The notes: generated by a model not told the origin, from the sequence alone. Shown: positions 30,390 through 39,460, numbered from the stretch's first letter. The stretch is 53,508 bases of DNA from Clostridium bornimense (GCF_018917145.1 NZ_JAHLOD010000025.1:1-53508); one strand, 5' to 3'. Translations and numbers: made by a program.

Positions 30390-31355
30390 ATGAGAGAGAG
30401 AAACAAATTTAACTTAACTAAAGAAGACCCTAAAATAGAGATAGATGATACTATTGAACTTTCTGTAACTGGTGTATTAGATGAAATGGAAAAGGGTAAT
30501 AAAGCTTTATTTGAAGAAAGTCATAATGTAGATTTAAAAGAAAATAAGATTTCTAATAAAGCAAAAAAGATATTATTAATTGTAGCAGTATTTATAGTTA
30601 TTATATCTTCTAGTGTAATTGCATTGGCAACGTTAGAAAAAAATAAGTCAGAAGCAAAAAATAACAAAGAAAATAAAGTAGTTAGTAAAGTTAATAAAAA
30701 TAACAAAGAAAATATTAATGATGAAGAAAAAAAAGAAGAGGAAAATAAAGAAGAAAAAGAGGACAATCAAGAAGCTGTAGAAAATAAAGACGAGGATAGC
30801 AATAAAACAGAAGTAAGTAATAATACAGTGCAAGAAAATAATATTCAAGAAAATAAAATACAAGAAGAAAAGAAAATAGAAACTAGAAATGATAATACGA
30901 AAACAGTAGAGACAAAAAATTATACTACAACAGTTATGCCGGTAGGAGAAAATTTCTTGTCAGAAGTTGAAAACATAGTATATCAAAAAATTAATGAAGA
31001 AAGAAGTAAAGCAGGAGTTCAAAGTTTAGTTAATAGTGAAAGAATTAAAAAATATGCAAGGGTAAAAGTAAAAGATATGGCTGATAACGGATATTTAGCA
31101 AGTAAAGATTTAAGTGGAAACTCAATTACAGTATATATGAAAAATGATGGTGTAACTTATGGTAGTTGGGGTGAAAATATAGGTTATGTTACATATAATT
31201 CAGATCCAACAACTTTAGCAGAAAAATTTACGAATAATTTTATGAATTCAACTAGTAGTAAGGATAAAATTTTATCAGGAACTTATTCAGAAGTCGGTAT
31301 AGGAATATATAAATCTGGAGATAGAGTTTATATTGCTGAAGAATTTATTAGATAA
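30390..31355 (+). CDS. CAP/SCP (YkwD-like) domain protein, paralog 1. It has a cytoplasmic N-terminus, one TM and a long K/E/N-rich linker.
   Basis: The C-terminal ~130 aa (VYQKINEERSKAGV...WGENIGY...FMNS...YSEVGIGIY) has CAP/YkwD domain spacing. The TM is ILLIVAVFIVIISSSVIALATL and a low-complexity block covers ~30640-30900. Confidence 0.65.
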   Translation: MRERNKFNLTKEDPKIEIDDTIELSVTGVLDEMEKGNKALFEESHNVDLKENKISNKAKKILLIVAVFIVIISSSVIALATLEKNKSEAKNNKENKVVSKVNKNNKENINDEEKKEEENKEEKEDNQEAVENKDEDSNKTEVSNNTVQENNIQENKIQEEKKIETRNDNTKTVETKNYTTTVMPVGENFLSEVENIVYQKINEERSKAGVQSLVNSERIKKYARVKVKDMADNGYLASKDLSGNSITVYMKNDGVTYGSWGENIGYVTYNSDPTTLAEKFTNNFMNSTSSKDKILSGTYSEVGIGIYKSGDRVYIAEEFIR

Positions 31356-31511
31356 AATATAATAAAATCTTATGAAAATATAAAAAATTACAATATAATG
31401 TATAAAAACGGGAAAAGTTTGATAAAGTAACTACTTTATAAAATAAATTACTGTAGTATAATAGTATATGTAATAAAATTATACATAAGTAAGGTTTTAA
31501 ATGGTGAAAAT

Positions 31512-32357
31512 ATGAAAAAAAAGATTACTACAGTATTAGTTGTATTATCAATTTCTACAATAGCATCGGTATTTTTTGGTGTTATATCAGGAATTACACA
31601 TTTAGCTAAAGAAAAGGTTGCTGTGAAGCCTTTGAAAAGTAAAGAAAAAATAGTAGCATTGCTAGTAGAAGAATATAATGAAAATTCTAAGTTTTATAAT
31701 ATGAAAGTTGTAGATGAGAAAGATAATAATGAAGAAAATAATAATGAAGATACTACAGAGGAAAAATCAGATATAGAAAAAGAGAATAATGTAGTTAATA
31801 ATAATGTAGAAGAAAAACAAGATAATAAAGTAAATGGACAAGCAGTCATTGCTGAATCAAACAATAAAGCAACTAATACAACAGAGGATTCATCGGTAAC
31901 AAATACAGAGGAAGATAATATAATGAATATTTCTCAAGAGCCTATTAGTAATAACTTTTTTTCAAATATAGAAAGTATTATTTTACAAAGAGTAAATGAG
32001 GAGAGAGCTAAAGAAGGACTTGCTGCATTAACATATAGTAGTACAATGAGAAAATATGCAAGAATAAAATCTATGGACATGGGCGACAGAGGATATTTTG
32101 AGCATAGAGATCCAGAAGGTCGTTTAATGAGTGATATAATTAAAAAAGATGGAATTACATATAAAGCATGGGGAGAAAATATAGCATATATAGGTGGAAT
32201 GACAGATGAAGCTGCAATAGCAGAACGTTTTGTGAATAACTGGATGAATTCGCCGAGTCATAAGGCTAACATATTATGTGATAGATTTGGAGAAATTGGT
32301 ATAGGTGTGTATAAAATAGGAAATAGATTTTATGCTACACAAGAATTTTTCAAATAA
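31512..32357 (+). CDS. CAP/SCP (YkwD-like) domain protein, paralog 2. It has an N-terminal signal anchor and an acidic N/E-rich linker.
   Basis: Same C-terminal domain (LQRVNEERAKEGLAAL...WGENIAYIGG...WMNSPSHKANIL...FGEIGIGVY). Confidence 0.65.
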   Translation: MKKKITTVLVVLSISTIASVFFGVISGITHLAKEKVAVKPLKSKEKIVALLVEEYNENSKFYNMKVVDEKDNNEENNNEDTTEEKSDIEKENNVVNNNVEEKQDNKVNGQAVIAESNNKATNTTEDSSVTNTEEDNIMNISQEPISNNFFSNIESIILQRVNEERAKEGLAALTYSSTMRKYARIKSMDMGDRGYFEHRDPEGRLMSDIIKKDGITYKAWGENIAYIGGMTDEAAIAERFVNNWMNSPSHKANILCDRFGEIGIGVYKIGNRFYATQEFFK

Positions 32358-32404
32358 ATGCTGTGGTAATTATACCCAATGAATAAAATGGAATAACTTA
32401 TGTA

Positions 32405-32446
32405 AAGCAAGTGATAGATTAAATATCACTTGCTTTCTTTTATTGC
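32405..32446 (+). terminator. Rho-independent terminator after CAP paralog 2.
   Basis: AAGCAAGTGATA-loop-TATCACTTGCTT followed by TCTTTTATT. Confidence 0.6.
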
Positions 32447-32625
32447 AATATAAGGAATAAAAATCATACAAGGGAATATGTAGCCTATGATGGAAGTAAT
32501 CTTAACTAAGATAACTGGACAATCTATGTTATAACTGTAAGTACGGCGTTAGAAAAAGTAAAAAGTACTTTTACTAATAAGATATTGGATTTCTTTACAA
32601 GAGAAGTTCGAAAAAATAAAAAGGA

Positions 32626-33477
32626 GTGGTACCGATGAAAAATAAACTAATTGCCATAGTATTAACAACATCTATTATAGGGGGAGTAGGAAGTACAGCT
32701 TATGCTGCTGGAATAGGTTCTAATGATACTTCCAATGTAGTAGTACGTAAGTGTAGTTATAAGAAAAGACATGATAGGTTGTTTAAGAAGAGACATCCAT
32801 TCTACAATGGAGGATGCACTAACAGACCTAATAACGGCACAGAAAATGGAGATATCGATGAGATAATTCCACCTATTATAGGAGACAAACCATCAAAGGA
32901 TGATGTAATCCCACCAACAACAGAGGATAAACCATCAATAGATGAAGTAATCCCACCGACAACAGGAGATGAGTCATCAAAGGATGATGTAATTCCACCA
33001 ACAACAGGAGATGAATCATCAAAGGATGATGTAACTCCGCCAACAACAGACAATACACCAAGTGTTAATGATAAGTTTATGGCGCAGGTGGAACAAAAAA
33101 TATTTGAAAAGGTTAATGAAGAGAGAGCAAAAGCTGGAGTTTCAACATTATCATATAATAGTACCATGGAAAAGTATGCAAGAATAAAATCTCAAGATAT
33201 GGGAGATAAAGGATACTTCAATCATACAGATCTAGAAGGTAATCTAATAACTGTCCAAATGCAAAAAGACGGTGTAAGTTATAATGCTTGGGGAGAAAAT
33301 ATTGCATATATAGGCGGAGTATCTGATGCAGATGCTTTAGCAACACAATTTATGAAAAATTGGATGAACTCACAAGGACATAGAGAAAATATTCTATCAA
33401 CTAACTTTGCATCAGTTGGAGTTGGAGTTTATAAATCAGGAAATAGAGTTTACGCAACACAAGAATTTTATAGATAA
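32626..33477 (+). CDS. CAP/SCP (YkwD-like) domain protein, paralog 3. It has a cleavable signal peptide, a Cys/basic segment and a tandem P/T/D-rich repeat linker.
   Basis: Signal peptide MKNKLIAIVLTTSIIGGVGSTAYA, a (IPPTTGDESSKDDV)n linker and a C-terminal CAP domain (FEKVNEERAKAGVSTL...WGENIAYIGG...WMNSQGHRENIL...VGVGVY). Confidence 0.7.
   Translation: MVPMKNKLIAIVLTTSIIGGVGSTAYAAGIGSNDTSNVVVRKCSYKKRHDRLFKKRHPFYNGGCTNRPNNGTENGDIDEIIPPIIGDKPSKDDVIPPTTEDKPSIDEVIPPTTGDESSKDDVIPPTTGDESSKDDVTPPTTDNTPSVNDKFMAQVEQKIFEKVNEERAKAGVSTLSYNSTMEKYARIKSQDMGDKGYFNHTDLEGNLITVQMQKDGVSYNAWGENIAYIGGVSDADALATQFMKNWMNSQGHRENILSTNFASVGVGVYKSGNRVYATQEFYR
32863..33060 (+). repeat. About 4.5 tandem copies of a 42/45-bp repeat encoding the 14/15-aa unit IPPTTGDESSKDDV inside CAP paralog 3.
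   Basis: Direct reading: ATAATTCCACCTATTATAGGAGACAAACCATCAAAGGATGATGTA / ATCCCACCAACAACAGAGGATAAACCATCAATAGATGAAGTA / ATCCCACCGACAACAGGAGATGAGTCATCAAAGGATGATGTA / ATTCCACCAACAACAGGAGATGAATCATCAAAGGATGATGTA / ACTCCGCCAACAACAGAC... Confidence 0.85.
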
Positions 33478-33521
33478 AAAAATAGTACAAGCTATTAAAA
33501 AAAGCTTAGTAAAATAAATAG

Positions 33522-33570
33522 AGGACCATCGAAGTTACAATTTGAATTTGTAATCGATGGTCCTTTTTAA
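33522..33570. terminator. Bidirectional terminator between CAP paralog 3 (+) and uppP (-).
   Basis: AGGACCATCGA-AGTTACAA-TTTGAA-TTGTAAT-CGATGGTCCT is a long perfect hairpin with T-runs on both sides. Confidence 0.7.
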
Positions 33571-34389
33571 TTATTTAATAACAAAGAAATATAGAAGTAC
33601 TAATATACCTAATACTATTCTATAGTATCCAAATACTTTGAAATTGTGTTTCTTTATGTAATCCATAAGGAACTTAATAGCAAAGATTGATACTAAAAAT
33701 GCAACTACTGATCCAGTTAATAATACTATCCATTCAAAAGATGAAAATGCAAAACCAGCTTTAAGTAGCTTTAAAGCACTAGCACCTAACATTGTTGGAA
33801 CAGCTAAGAAAAATGAAAATTCAGCTGCTATAAATCTTGAAGTACCTAAAAGAACAGCACCTATAATTGTTGCGCCAGATCTTGATGTTCCTGGAATTAG
33901 TGCTAATACTTGAAACATACCTATAAAGATAGCAGTTTTGTAAGTTAACTCTGAGAAACTATTTATTGCAGGTTTTTTATTTCTATTTTCGATAAATATA
34001 AATAATATACCATATATAATAAGAGTTATTGAAACTACAGTAGGATTAAAAAATACTTCTTCAATTTTATCATCAAATAGAAGACCAATTATTCCAGATG
34101 GCGCTACTGCTACAATGACTTTTAGCCATAAACTAATAGTATCAGTTCTTTCAGCTACACTTTTTGATGGTGAAAAAGGATTTAGTTTATTAAAAAATAA
34201 AACTAATACTGCTAATATTGAACCAAATTGTATAACTACAAGAAATGTACTTATAAATGTAGAGCTAAAATTTAATTTAATAAATTCATCTACTAAAATC
34301 ATATGACCAGTACTACTTACTGGTAGCCATTCTGTAATTCCTTGAACAATTCCAAGAATAATGGCTTTAAAAATTTCTAAAAAGTCCAT
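33571..34389 (-). CDS. uppP: Undecaprenyl-diphosphate phosphatase.
   Basis: [30 protein letters not shown] and an 8-TM BacA/UppP topology. Confidence 0.9.
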   Translation of the reverse strand: MDFLEIFKAIILGIVQGITEWLPVSSTGHMILVDEFIKLNFSSTFISTFLVVIQFGSILAVLVLFFNKLNPFSPSKSVAERTDTISLWLKVIVAVAPSGIIGLLFDDKIEEVFFNPTVVSITLIIYGILFIFIENRNKKPAINSFSELTYKTAIFIGMFQVLALIPGTSRSGATIIGAVLLGTSRFIAAEFSFFLAVPTMLGASALKLLKAGFAFSSFEWIVLLTGSVVAFLVSIFAIKFLMDYIKKHNFKVFGYYRIVLGILVLLYFFVIK

Positions 34390-34697
34390 TTAATTTACCC
34401 CCGATAAATTTTCTATATTTCTATCATTATTATTATAAAGGTAGTTGTAGAAAATTTAAATGAAAATGTTGAGATTTGTAATGAAAATAATAAATTTTTA
34501 ATAATTTAACATAATATAAAATAACATTTAAAACTAGTAAAAAATTATTAAAAACTATAATATATTAGATACAAATTAGGAAAGAAAAGGTATAATAATA
34601 AGAAGAAGAAAGTACATTATATTTTTTATGACTGATTATAGTATAATAATGAATTATAAAGTTTATTTTTATTGATATTATGAAAGAGAGGGATATA

Positions 34698-35228
34698 ATG
34701 GAGATGATACATAATATGGATGATAACGTTTTAAATTTTATACAAGAACATTTTAAAAGTTCATTCATGGATACTATTATGCCAGTAATAACTTCTTTAG
34801 GAAATAGGGGAATAGTATGGATATTAATAACTATTGTATTAATAGCTGTGAAGAGATATAGAAAGTATGGTTATATGTTAGCTTTGGCACTAATCATTAC
34901 TTTGGTTGTTGGAAATCTAACATTGAAACCGTTGATAGCTAGGACACGTCCTTTTGATGCTAATGATTTAAAGAATATTTTATTAATAGAGGCTCCAACA
35001 GATTATTCATTTCCATCGGGACATACTATGAGTTCTTTTGCAGCGGCAATAGTATTAATTTATATGGATAAGAAAGTTGGAATAATTGCTATGATACTAG
35101 CAGTATTAATAGCTTTCTCAAGACTTTATTTATATGTACATTATCCATCAGATGTTTTTGCAGGAATGATTTTAGGTATTTTATCAGCAATTATATCTAT
35201 AAAATTGTTGTCTAAAATAAAAGTTTAA
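34698..35228 (+). CDS. PAP2-family membrane phosphatase (a candidate second undecaprenyl-PP / PG-phosphate phosphatase).
   Basis: PAP2 motifs KPLIARTRP, PSGHT and SRLYLYVHYPSDV. I prefer the start with the GAGAGGG RBS to the ORF-track start. Confidence 0.75.
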   Translation: MEMIHNMDDNVLNFIQEHFKSSFMDTIMPVITSLGNRGIVWILITIVLIAVKRYRKYGYMLALALIITLVVGNLTLKPLIARTRPFDANDLKNILLIEAPTDYSFPSGHTMSSFAAAIVLIYMDKKVGIIAMILAVLIAFSRLYLYVHYPSDVFAGMILGILSAIISIKLLSKIKV

Positions 35229-35250
35229 TTAACATTAGGGGGTTACATAT

Positions 35251-36054
35251 ATGGAGATTAGTGAAAATTTAAAGAAAATTATTGAGGAGTTTTCAAAACT
35301 AAAAAGCGTTGAGGGAATACTTTTAGCTGGATCTAAGGCAGTAAATACTGATGATAAAAATTCTGATTATGATGTATATGTATATACATCTGAAGAAATT
35401 CCAGTAGAGTACAGAAAGAATATATATGATAAGTATTGCAGCTATATGGAAGTAAATAATACATTTTGGGAAACAGAAGATGATGGTATTTTAAAGGAAG
35501 ATAATGTTCCAGTTGAAATAATATATAGGAGTTTAGACTGGATAAAAGATAGCCTTAATAGAACATTAGTAAAATGTGAGGCTGATGTAGGATATACTAC
35601 TTGTTTTTGGTACAATATAAAGAATTCTATAATTCTTTATGATAAAGAGGGAAAATTAAAAGAAATACAAGATAGCTGTAATGTAGAGTATCCTAAGAAA
35701 TTAAAAGAGAATATCATAAAGAAGAATTATCCTCTTTTAAATAAGCAGATGCCAGCTTATTATTTTCAAATAGAAAAGGCAATAAAGAGAAATGATATTG
35801 TAAGTGTAAATCATAGAGTAGCGGCGCTTTTAGCTAGTTATTTTGATATAATTTTTGCAGTAAATGAGATGCCACATCCAGGAGAAAAGAAGTTAATAAA
35901 GATTATTAAGGATAAAAACTTAACAATACCTTTTGAGATGGAGAAAAATATAAGTAATATTTTAAAATATTCTGCTGAAGATAATGAAAATATTTTAAGT
36001 GAAATAGAAATTCTTGTGGAGAATCTTGATAAATATTTAGATATGAATAATTAG
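35251..36054 (+). CDS. Nucleotidyltransferase-fold protein (Pol-beta-like NTase N-terminus; DUF4037/antibiotic-NTase-like).
   Basis: GILLAGSKAVNTDDKNSDYDVYVY is the GS-x(n)-DxD minimal NTase motif. At 267 aa it is in the size class of lincosamide/aminoglycoside nucleotidyltransferases, but I recognise no specific family signature. Confidence 0.45.
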   Translation: MEISENLKKIIEEFSKLKSVEGILLAGSKAVNTDDKNSDYDVYVYTSEEIPVEYRKNIYDKYCSYMEVNNTFWETEDDGILKEDNVPVEIIYRSLDWIKDSLNRTLVKCEADVGYTTCFWYNIKNSIILYDKEGKLKEIQDSCNVEYPKKLKENIIKKNYPLLNKQMPAYYFQIEKAIKRNDIVSVNHRVAALLASYFDIIFAVNEMPHPGEKKLIKIIKDKNLTIPFEMEKNISNILKYSAEDNENILSEIEILVENLDKYLDMNN

Positions 36055-36089
36055 AAATAAAAATTTTAAAAATTAAATAAAAGTTATAA

Positions 36090-36140
36090 AGAGGCTATAG
36101 TAAAAGAATTTAAAAGACTAAAAAATAGCCTCTTTTTTAT
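36090..36140. terminator. Bidirectional terminator between the NTase gene (+) and the multicopper oxidase (-).
   Basis: AGAGGCTAT-loop-ATAGCCTCT with T-runs on both flanks. Confidence 0.65.
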
Positions 36141-36147
36141 ATAACTT

Positions 36148-37044
36148 TTATATATCATATTGGACTACAGTAAACATGCCACCTACTCCTGGCGCGCCGT
36201 TATTAGTTGTATGGTGAGGCATATGACAATGCATAGGCCAAATTCCAGGATTTTTAGCAAGGAATTCTATGTCCCAAGTCTCACCAGAAGCTACTAATAT
36301 GGTATTTTTATAGATTTGAGTTTCTTTTTTTATAGGAAATCCATCAGCACCTACTACTTTAAATTGATGTCCATGAAGATGTATAGGATGATGATGCATT
36401 TGAATATTCCCAAATCTAACTTTAACTTTATCACCATAAGACACATGAAGAGGTTCTGTTGAAGGATAACATTTTCCATTCATAGTGAAAAAATTAAATT
36501 CTGGCATTTTAAAAGTAAGATTATAAGTGCCAGAATCAATATCACCCCAAGGAAGGCTATTAACAGCCCATTCTTGTAACAAAATAAGATAATCTTTATA
36601 ATGTTTTTTATTGCAATATTTTGGATCTTCTATAATCAATCCACCAAAGAGACCAGCATTATCTTGTACAGCTACATTGACATGAGAATGATACATGTAG
36701 GTTCCAGGGGGATTTTTTATTGTAAATTCATAGTCAAAATATTCTCCAGGATATATGAATGGAGATGGCTCTATTGGGGGAACTCCGTCCATGTTGTTAG
36801 GTACTTCTAATCCATGCCAGTGTACGCTGGTTTTTTCAGGAAGATTATTTATTACTCTTATACAGATTCTATCACCAGGGAAAACTCTAATAGTTGGTCC
36901 TGGGACAGAACCATTATATCCCCAGGCTTTAATGAAAAGTCCTGGAATTAATTCATTTAATACTTCTTCAGCTATTAATGTGAAGTGTTTTACTCCATTT
37001 TTATAAGTAAAAGATAAGTTTTCTATACCAGGCGTTATTACCAT
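36148..37044 (-). CDS. Small (two-cupredoxin-domain) multicopper oxidase.
   Basis: Copper-ligand histidine clusters SVHWHGLEV, YHSHVN, HPIHLHGH and HCHMPHH. Confidence 0.75.
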   Translation of the reverse strand: MVITPGIENLSFTYKNGVKHFTLIAEEVLNELIPGLFIKAWGYNGSVPGPTIRVFPGDRICIRVINNLPEKTSVHWHGLEVPNNMDGVPPIEPSPFIYPGEYFDYEFTIKNPPGTYMYHSHVNVAVQDNAGLFGGLIIEDPKYCNKKHYKDYLILLQEWAVNSLPWGDIDSGTYNLTFKMPEFNFFTMNGKCYPSTEPLHVSYGDKVKVRFGNIQMHHHPIHLHGHQFKVVGADGFPIKKETQIYKNTILVASGETWDIEFLAKNPGIWPMHCHMPHHTTNNGAPGVGGMFTVVQYDI

Positions 37045-37153
37045 AATTTACTCCTATAAATAGTATTTATTATATTAATATTAAGATTAGATAGATTGTG
37101 TGATTATTATTAGTTATAATGAAAATAAAATTAGTGAATATAGGAGAGAAGAT

Positions 37154-37942
37154 ATGCTTATAGTAATTTCACCAGCAAAAAATCTAGATTTTAATAGAGT
37201 AAATGAAACTTTACCAATGAGTGAGCCAAGATTTTTAAAGGAATCTAGAATTATCATGGAAGAATTAAAAAAATATGATAGTTATTCACTAACTAAGTTA
37301 ATGAAAATAAGTGATAAACTAGCTAATTTAAATAGAGATAGATTTGAAAAATGGACAGATTCAATAGAGGATGCTAGACAATGTCTATTAGTTTTTAAAG
37401 GGGAAGCTTTTAGAGGGATGGATGTAGGGGGTTTTAAGGCAGAAGATTTCTTTTATGCTGATAATCATCTTAGAATTTTATCAGGACTTTATGGAATATT
37501 ATCTCCTTTTGATGGAGTGCATCAATATAGATTAGAAATGGGTACAAAGATATCTATTAGAGGAAAGAAGGACTTGTATGATTTTTGGGGAGATACTATT
37601 AGTAAGGTTGTAATAGAAGATATTAAAAATACAGGTGATAATGTATTAGTTAATCTTGCGTCAAAGGAATATTTTAAAGTTATAGAAAAAATAGAAGAAA
37701 TAGATGATGAAATTAAAGTCATAACACCCGTATTTAAGGAATATAGAGATGGAAAGTATAAAATTATTTCAACAAAAGCTAAAAGAGCTAGAGGATTAAT
37801 GACATCATTTATTATAAAAAATAAAATTGAGTCAATAGAGGCTCTGAAGGAATTCAAAGAAGAGGGATATGAGTTTTGTGATGAAATGTCAACAGATAGT
37901 GAACTTACTTTTATTTTGAATGATGCTATATATGTGGAATAG
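37154..37942 (+). CDS. yaaA: Peroxide-stress protein YaaA (UPF0246).
   Basis: MLIVISPAKNLDF, FKGEAFRGMD, LRILSGLYG and YRLEMG are colinear with E. coli YaaA. I place the start at the ATG after the AGGAGAG RBS. Confidence 0.85.
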   Translation: MLIVISPAKNLDFNRVNETLPMSEPRFLKESRIIMEELKKYDSYSLTKLMKISDKLANLNRDRFEKWTDSIEDARQCLLVFKGEAFRGMDVGGFKAEDFFYADNHLRILSGLYGILSPFDGVHQYRLEMGTKISIRGKKDLYDFWGDTISKVVIEDIKNTGDNVLVNLASKEYFKVIEKIEEIDDEIKVITPVFKEYRDGKYKIISTKAKRARGLMTSFIIKNKIESIEALKEFKEEGYEFCDEMSTDSELTFILNDAIYVE

Positions 37943-37963
37943 GAATAGTATCTATAAACTTGC

Positions 37964-38190
37964 AAGGAGCTGTCGTACAAAGGAGTTAGAGATTAGAGTG
38001 CGGCAGTTTTTTCAGCAAAATAGAATATCAGGGCACAAGTACGAGGGCACAAGGCACAGGTATGTATCAGTGCACAGCATCAGAGCTGTGCACTAAATTG
38101 TGCCTTGTTCCATCTAACCTGTGTCATGTCTTTTCTATAATAAAAGGAGGTATCGCTGCTTTTCCTTTCTTAATGCGACACCTCCTTGTA
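37964..38190 (+). repeat. Copy A, the short form (~230 bp), of a GC-rich structured intergenic repeat family. It has a 5' 'AGATTAGAGTGCRGCAGTTTTTTCAGCAAAATAGAATATCAGKGCACAAGTAYGAGGGCACAAGGCACAGG' module, an internal CAGTGCACAG/CTGTGCACT hairpin and a 3' SD/anti-SD hairpin.
   Basis: About 94% identical to copy B over the 88-nt 5' module. The 3' hairpin is AAAAGGAGGTATCGC-loop-GCGACACCTCCTT. Local GC is far above the flanking DNA. It lies between convergent yaaA and the lipase gene, with the hairpin end 20 nt past the lipase stop. Confidence 0.8.
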
Positions 38191-38209
38191 TAAGAAGACT
38201 GAGTAAGTA

Positions 38210-39460
38210 TTAATTTGGTAGAGTTGATAGTGTTTCTGCTAAATCAATAAATTTATTTTGAAGATAACGTTTATAGATAGGTTCACCTTGGCCTACTACT
38301 TCAATATGATCTATGTTATTTATTTTATATAGGTAATTCCAAACACCTTTTTTAGGAGTTCCATCAAAGTTAATGATTTTATCAGTAGAACCTACAGTTG
38401 GACCAATGGCAGATGAAACGCTTACGATACCATCATTTTCCCACCAACTATTATCTATTGTAACTTCATCAGGATTATTACAAGTATATGAACCTAGAAA
38501 TACAGAGCTTTTTTTCAAGAAAGAAATCATATTTATATTTGGGAGTTCATGACCTGTTGTTAAGTTTTTATGGGTGTCTGAACAAGCTATTGATAAGTAG
38601 TAAATATCACTTTGTGCAGATACCCAAGAGTTTAGTTCCTTTGCGCCTTCTGGAGATAGGTCCCAGATGCTTAAATCTTTAGTTTCATTCCAAATATTAC
38701 TTTGAGATATTCTTGTATAGTAGTCTTCATAGGATTCAATGGGTTTTCTTTTTAATCCCCATTGATCTAATTTGAAATCTAATTTAGCATTATCAGGATT
38801 AGATCCATATGTTGCAGCAATAGCAGCAACAAGTTGATGAAATAGTGGTTCTATGGTTAACGGTTTTTTAGTTTCTTGACTACCATTATGAGGAGTAGCT
38901 ATAGTTGTTATACTTTCAATCCAGTGATGATTACCAGTAAATAATGGACTAGTATTCGATCCAGAAGAATTAATTTCATTTTTGTCACCTTGTTCTAATA
39001 GTTGAGCTAGAACTCTAATGGTTTCACCACCCATACTGTGACCAATTAAATGAATTTTTTTTACATCATTTTTTGTATTATCACCAAGTTCAGGATATAT
39101 ACCTGGATAGGTTGCACCATATCTATTATGTCCATATTTTTTTGAGTGGTATTCACCATAATCTACGGTTCCACCTTTAATATAAGCATATAATTCGCAG
39201 GCTCTATCCCAATTGCTAGATACAGGTCCTATTGTTGGGGTATGAACAATATATCCTTTACTTTCTAATAGTTCTCTTAAACTTGACTTACCACCCCAAT
39301 AATTAAGACCCAATTCATCATTACCCCATCCAAATAAGCCATGGACCATTATTATAGGATAATTATTAGTTTTATTTTTTGCATATGTTGGAGCAGGTAT
39401 AGACAATAGAAGTGATAATAATACTAATATAGAAGTGATTTTTTTTAGAAATTTGTTCAT
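38210..39460 (-). CDS. Secreted triacylglycerol lipase (alpha/beta hydrolase; staphylococcal/clostridial lipase family).
   Basis: Signal peptide MNKFLKKITSILVLLSLLLSIPAPTYA, IIMVHGLFGW and the nucleophile elbow GHSMGG. I place the start at the Met with an AAGGAG RBS. Confidence 0.8.
   Translation of the reverse strand: MNKFLKKITSILVLLSLLLSIPAPTYAKNKTNNYPIIMVHGLFGWGNDELGLNYWGGKSSLRELLESKGYIVHTPTIGPVSSNWDRACELYAYIKGGTVDYGEYHSKKYGHNRYGATYPGIYPELGDNTKNDVKKIHLIGHSMGGETIRVLAQLLEQGDKNEINSSGSNTSPLFTGNHHWIESITTIATPHNGSQETKKPLTIEPLFHQLVAAIAATYGSNPDNAKLDFKLDQWGLKRKPIESYEDYYTRISQSNIWNETKDLSIWDLSPEGAKELNSWVSAQSDIYYLSIACSDTHKNLTTGHELPNINMISFLKKSSVFLGSYTCNNPDEVTIDNSWWENDGIVSVSSAIGPTVGSTDKIINFDGTPKKGVWNYLYKINNIDHIEVVGQGEPIYKRYLQNKFIDLAETLSTLPN

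Noticed and set aside
30521-30863. Two minus-strand F/I/L-rich ORFs (81 and 71 aa).
   Set aside because: They are antisense translations of the K/E/N-rich linker of CAP paralog 1 (poly-A/T codons).
32802-33167. 121-aa and 61-aa minus-strand ORFs.
   Set aside because: They are antisense reading of the tandem 42-bp repeat region of CAP paralog 3.
37522-37980. 152-aa minus-strand ORF.
   Set aside because: It lies antisense within yaaA and runs into repeat copy A. There is no start context.
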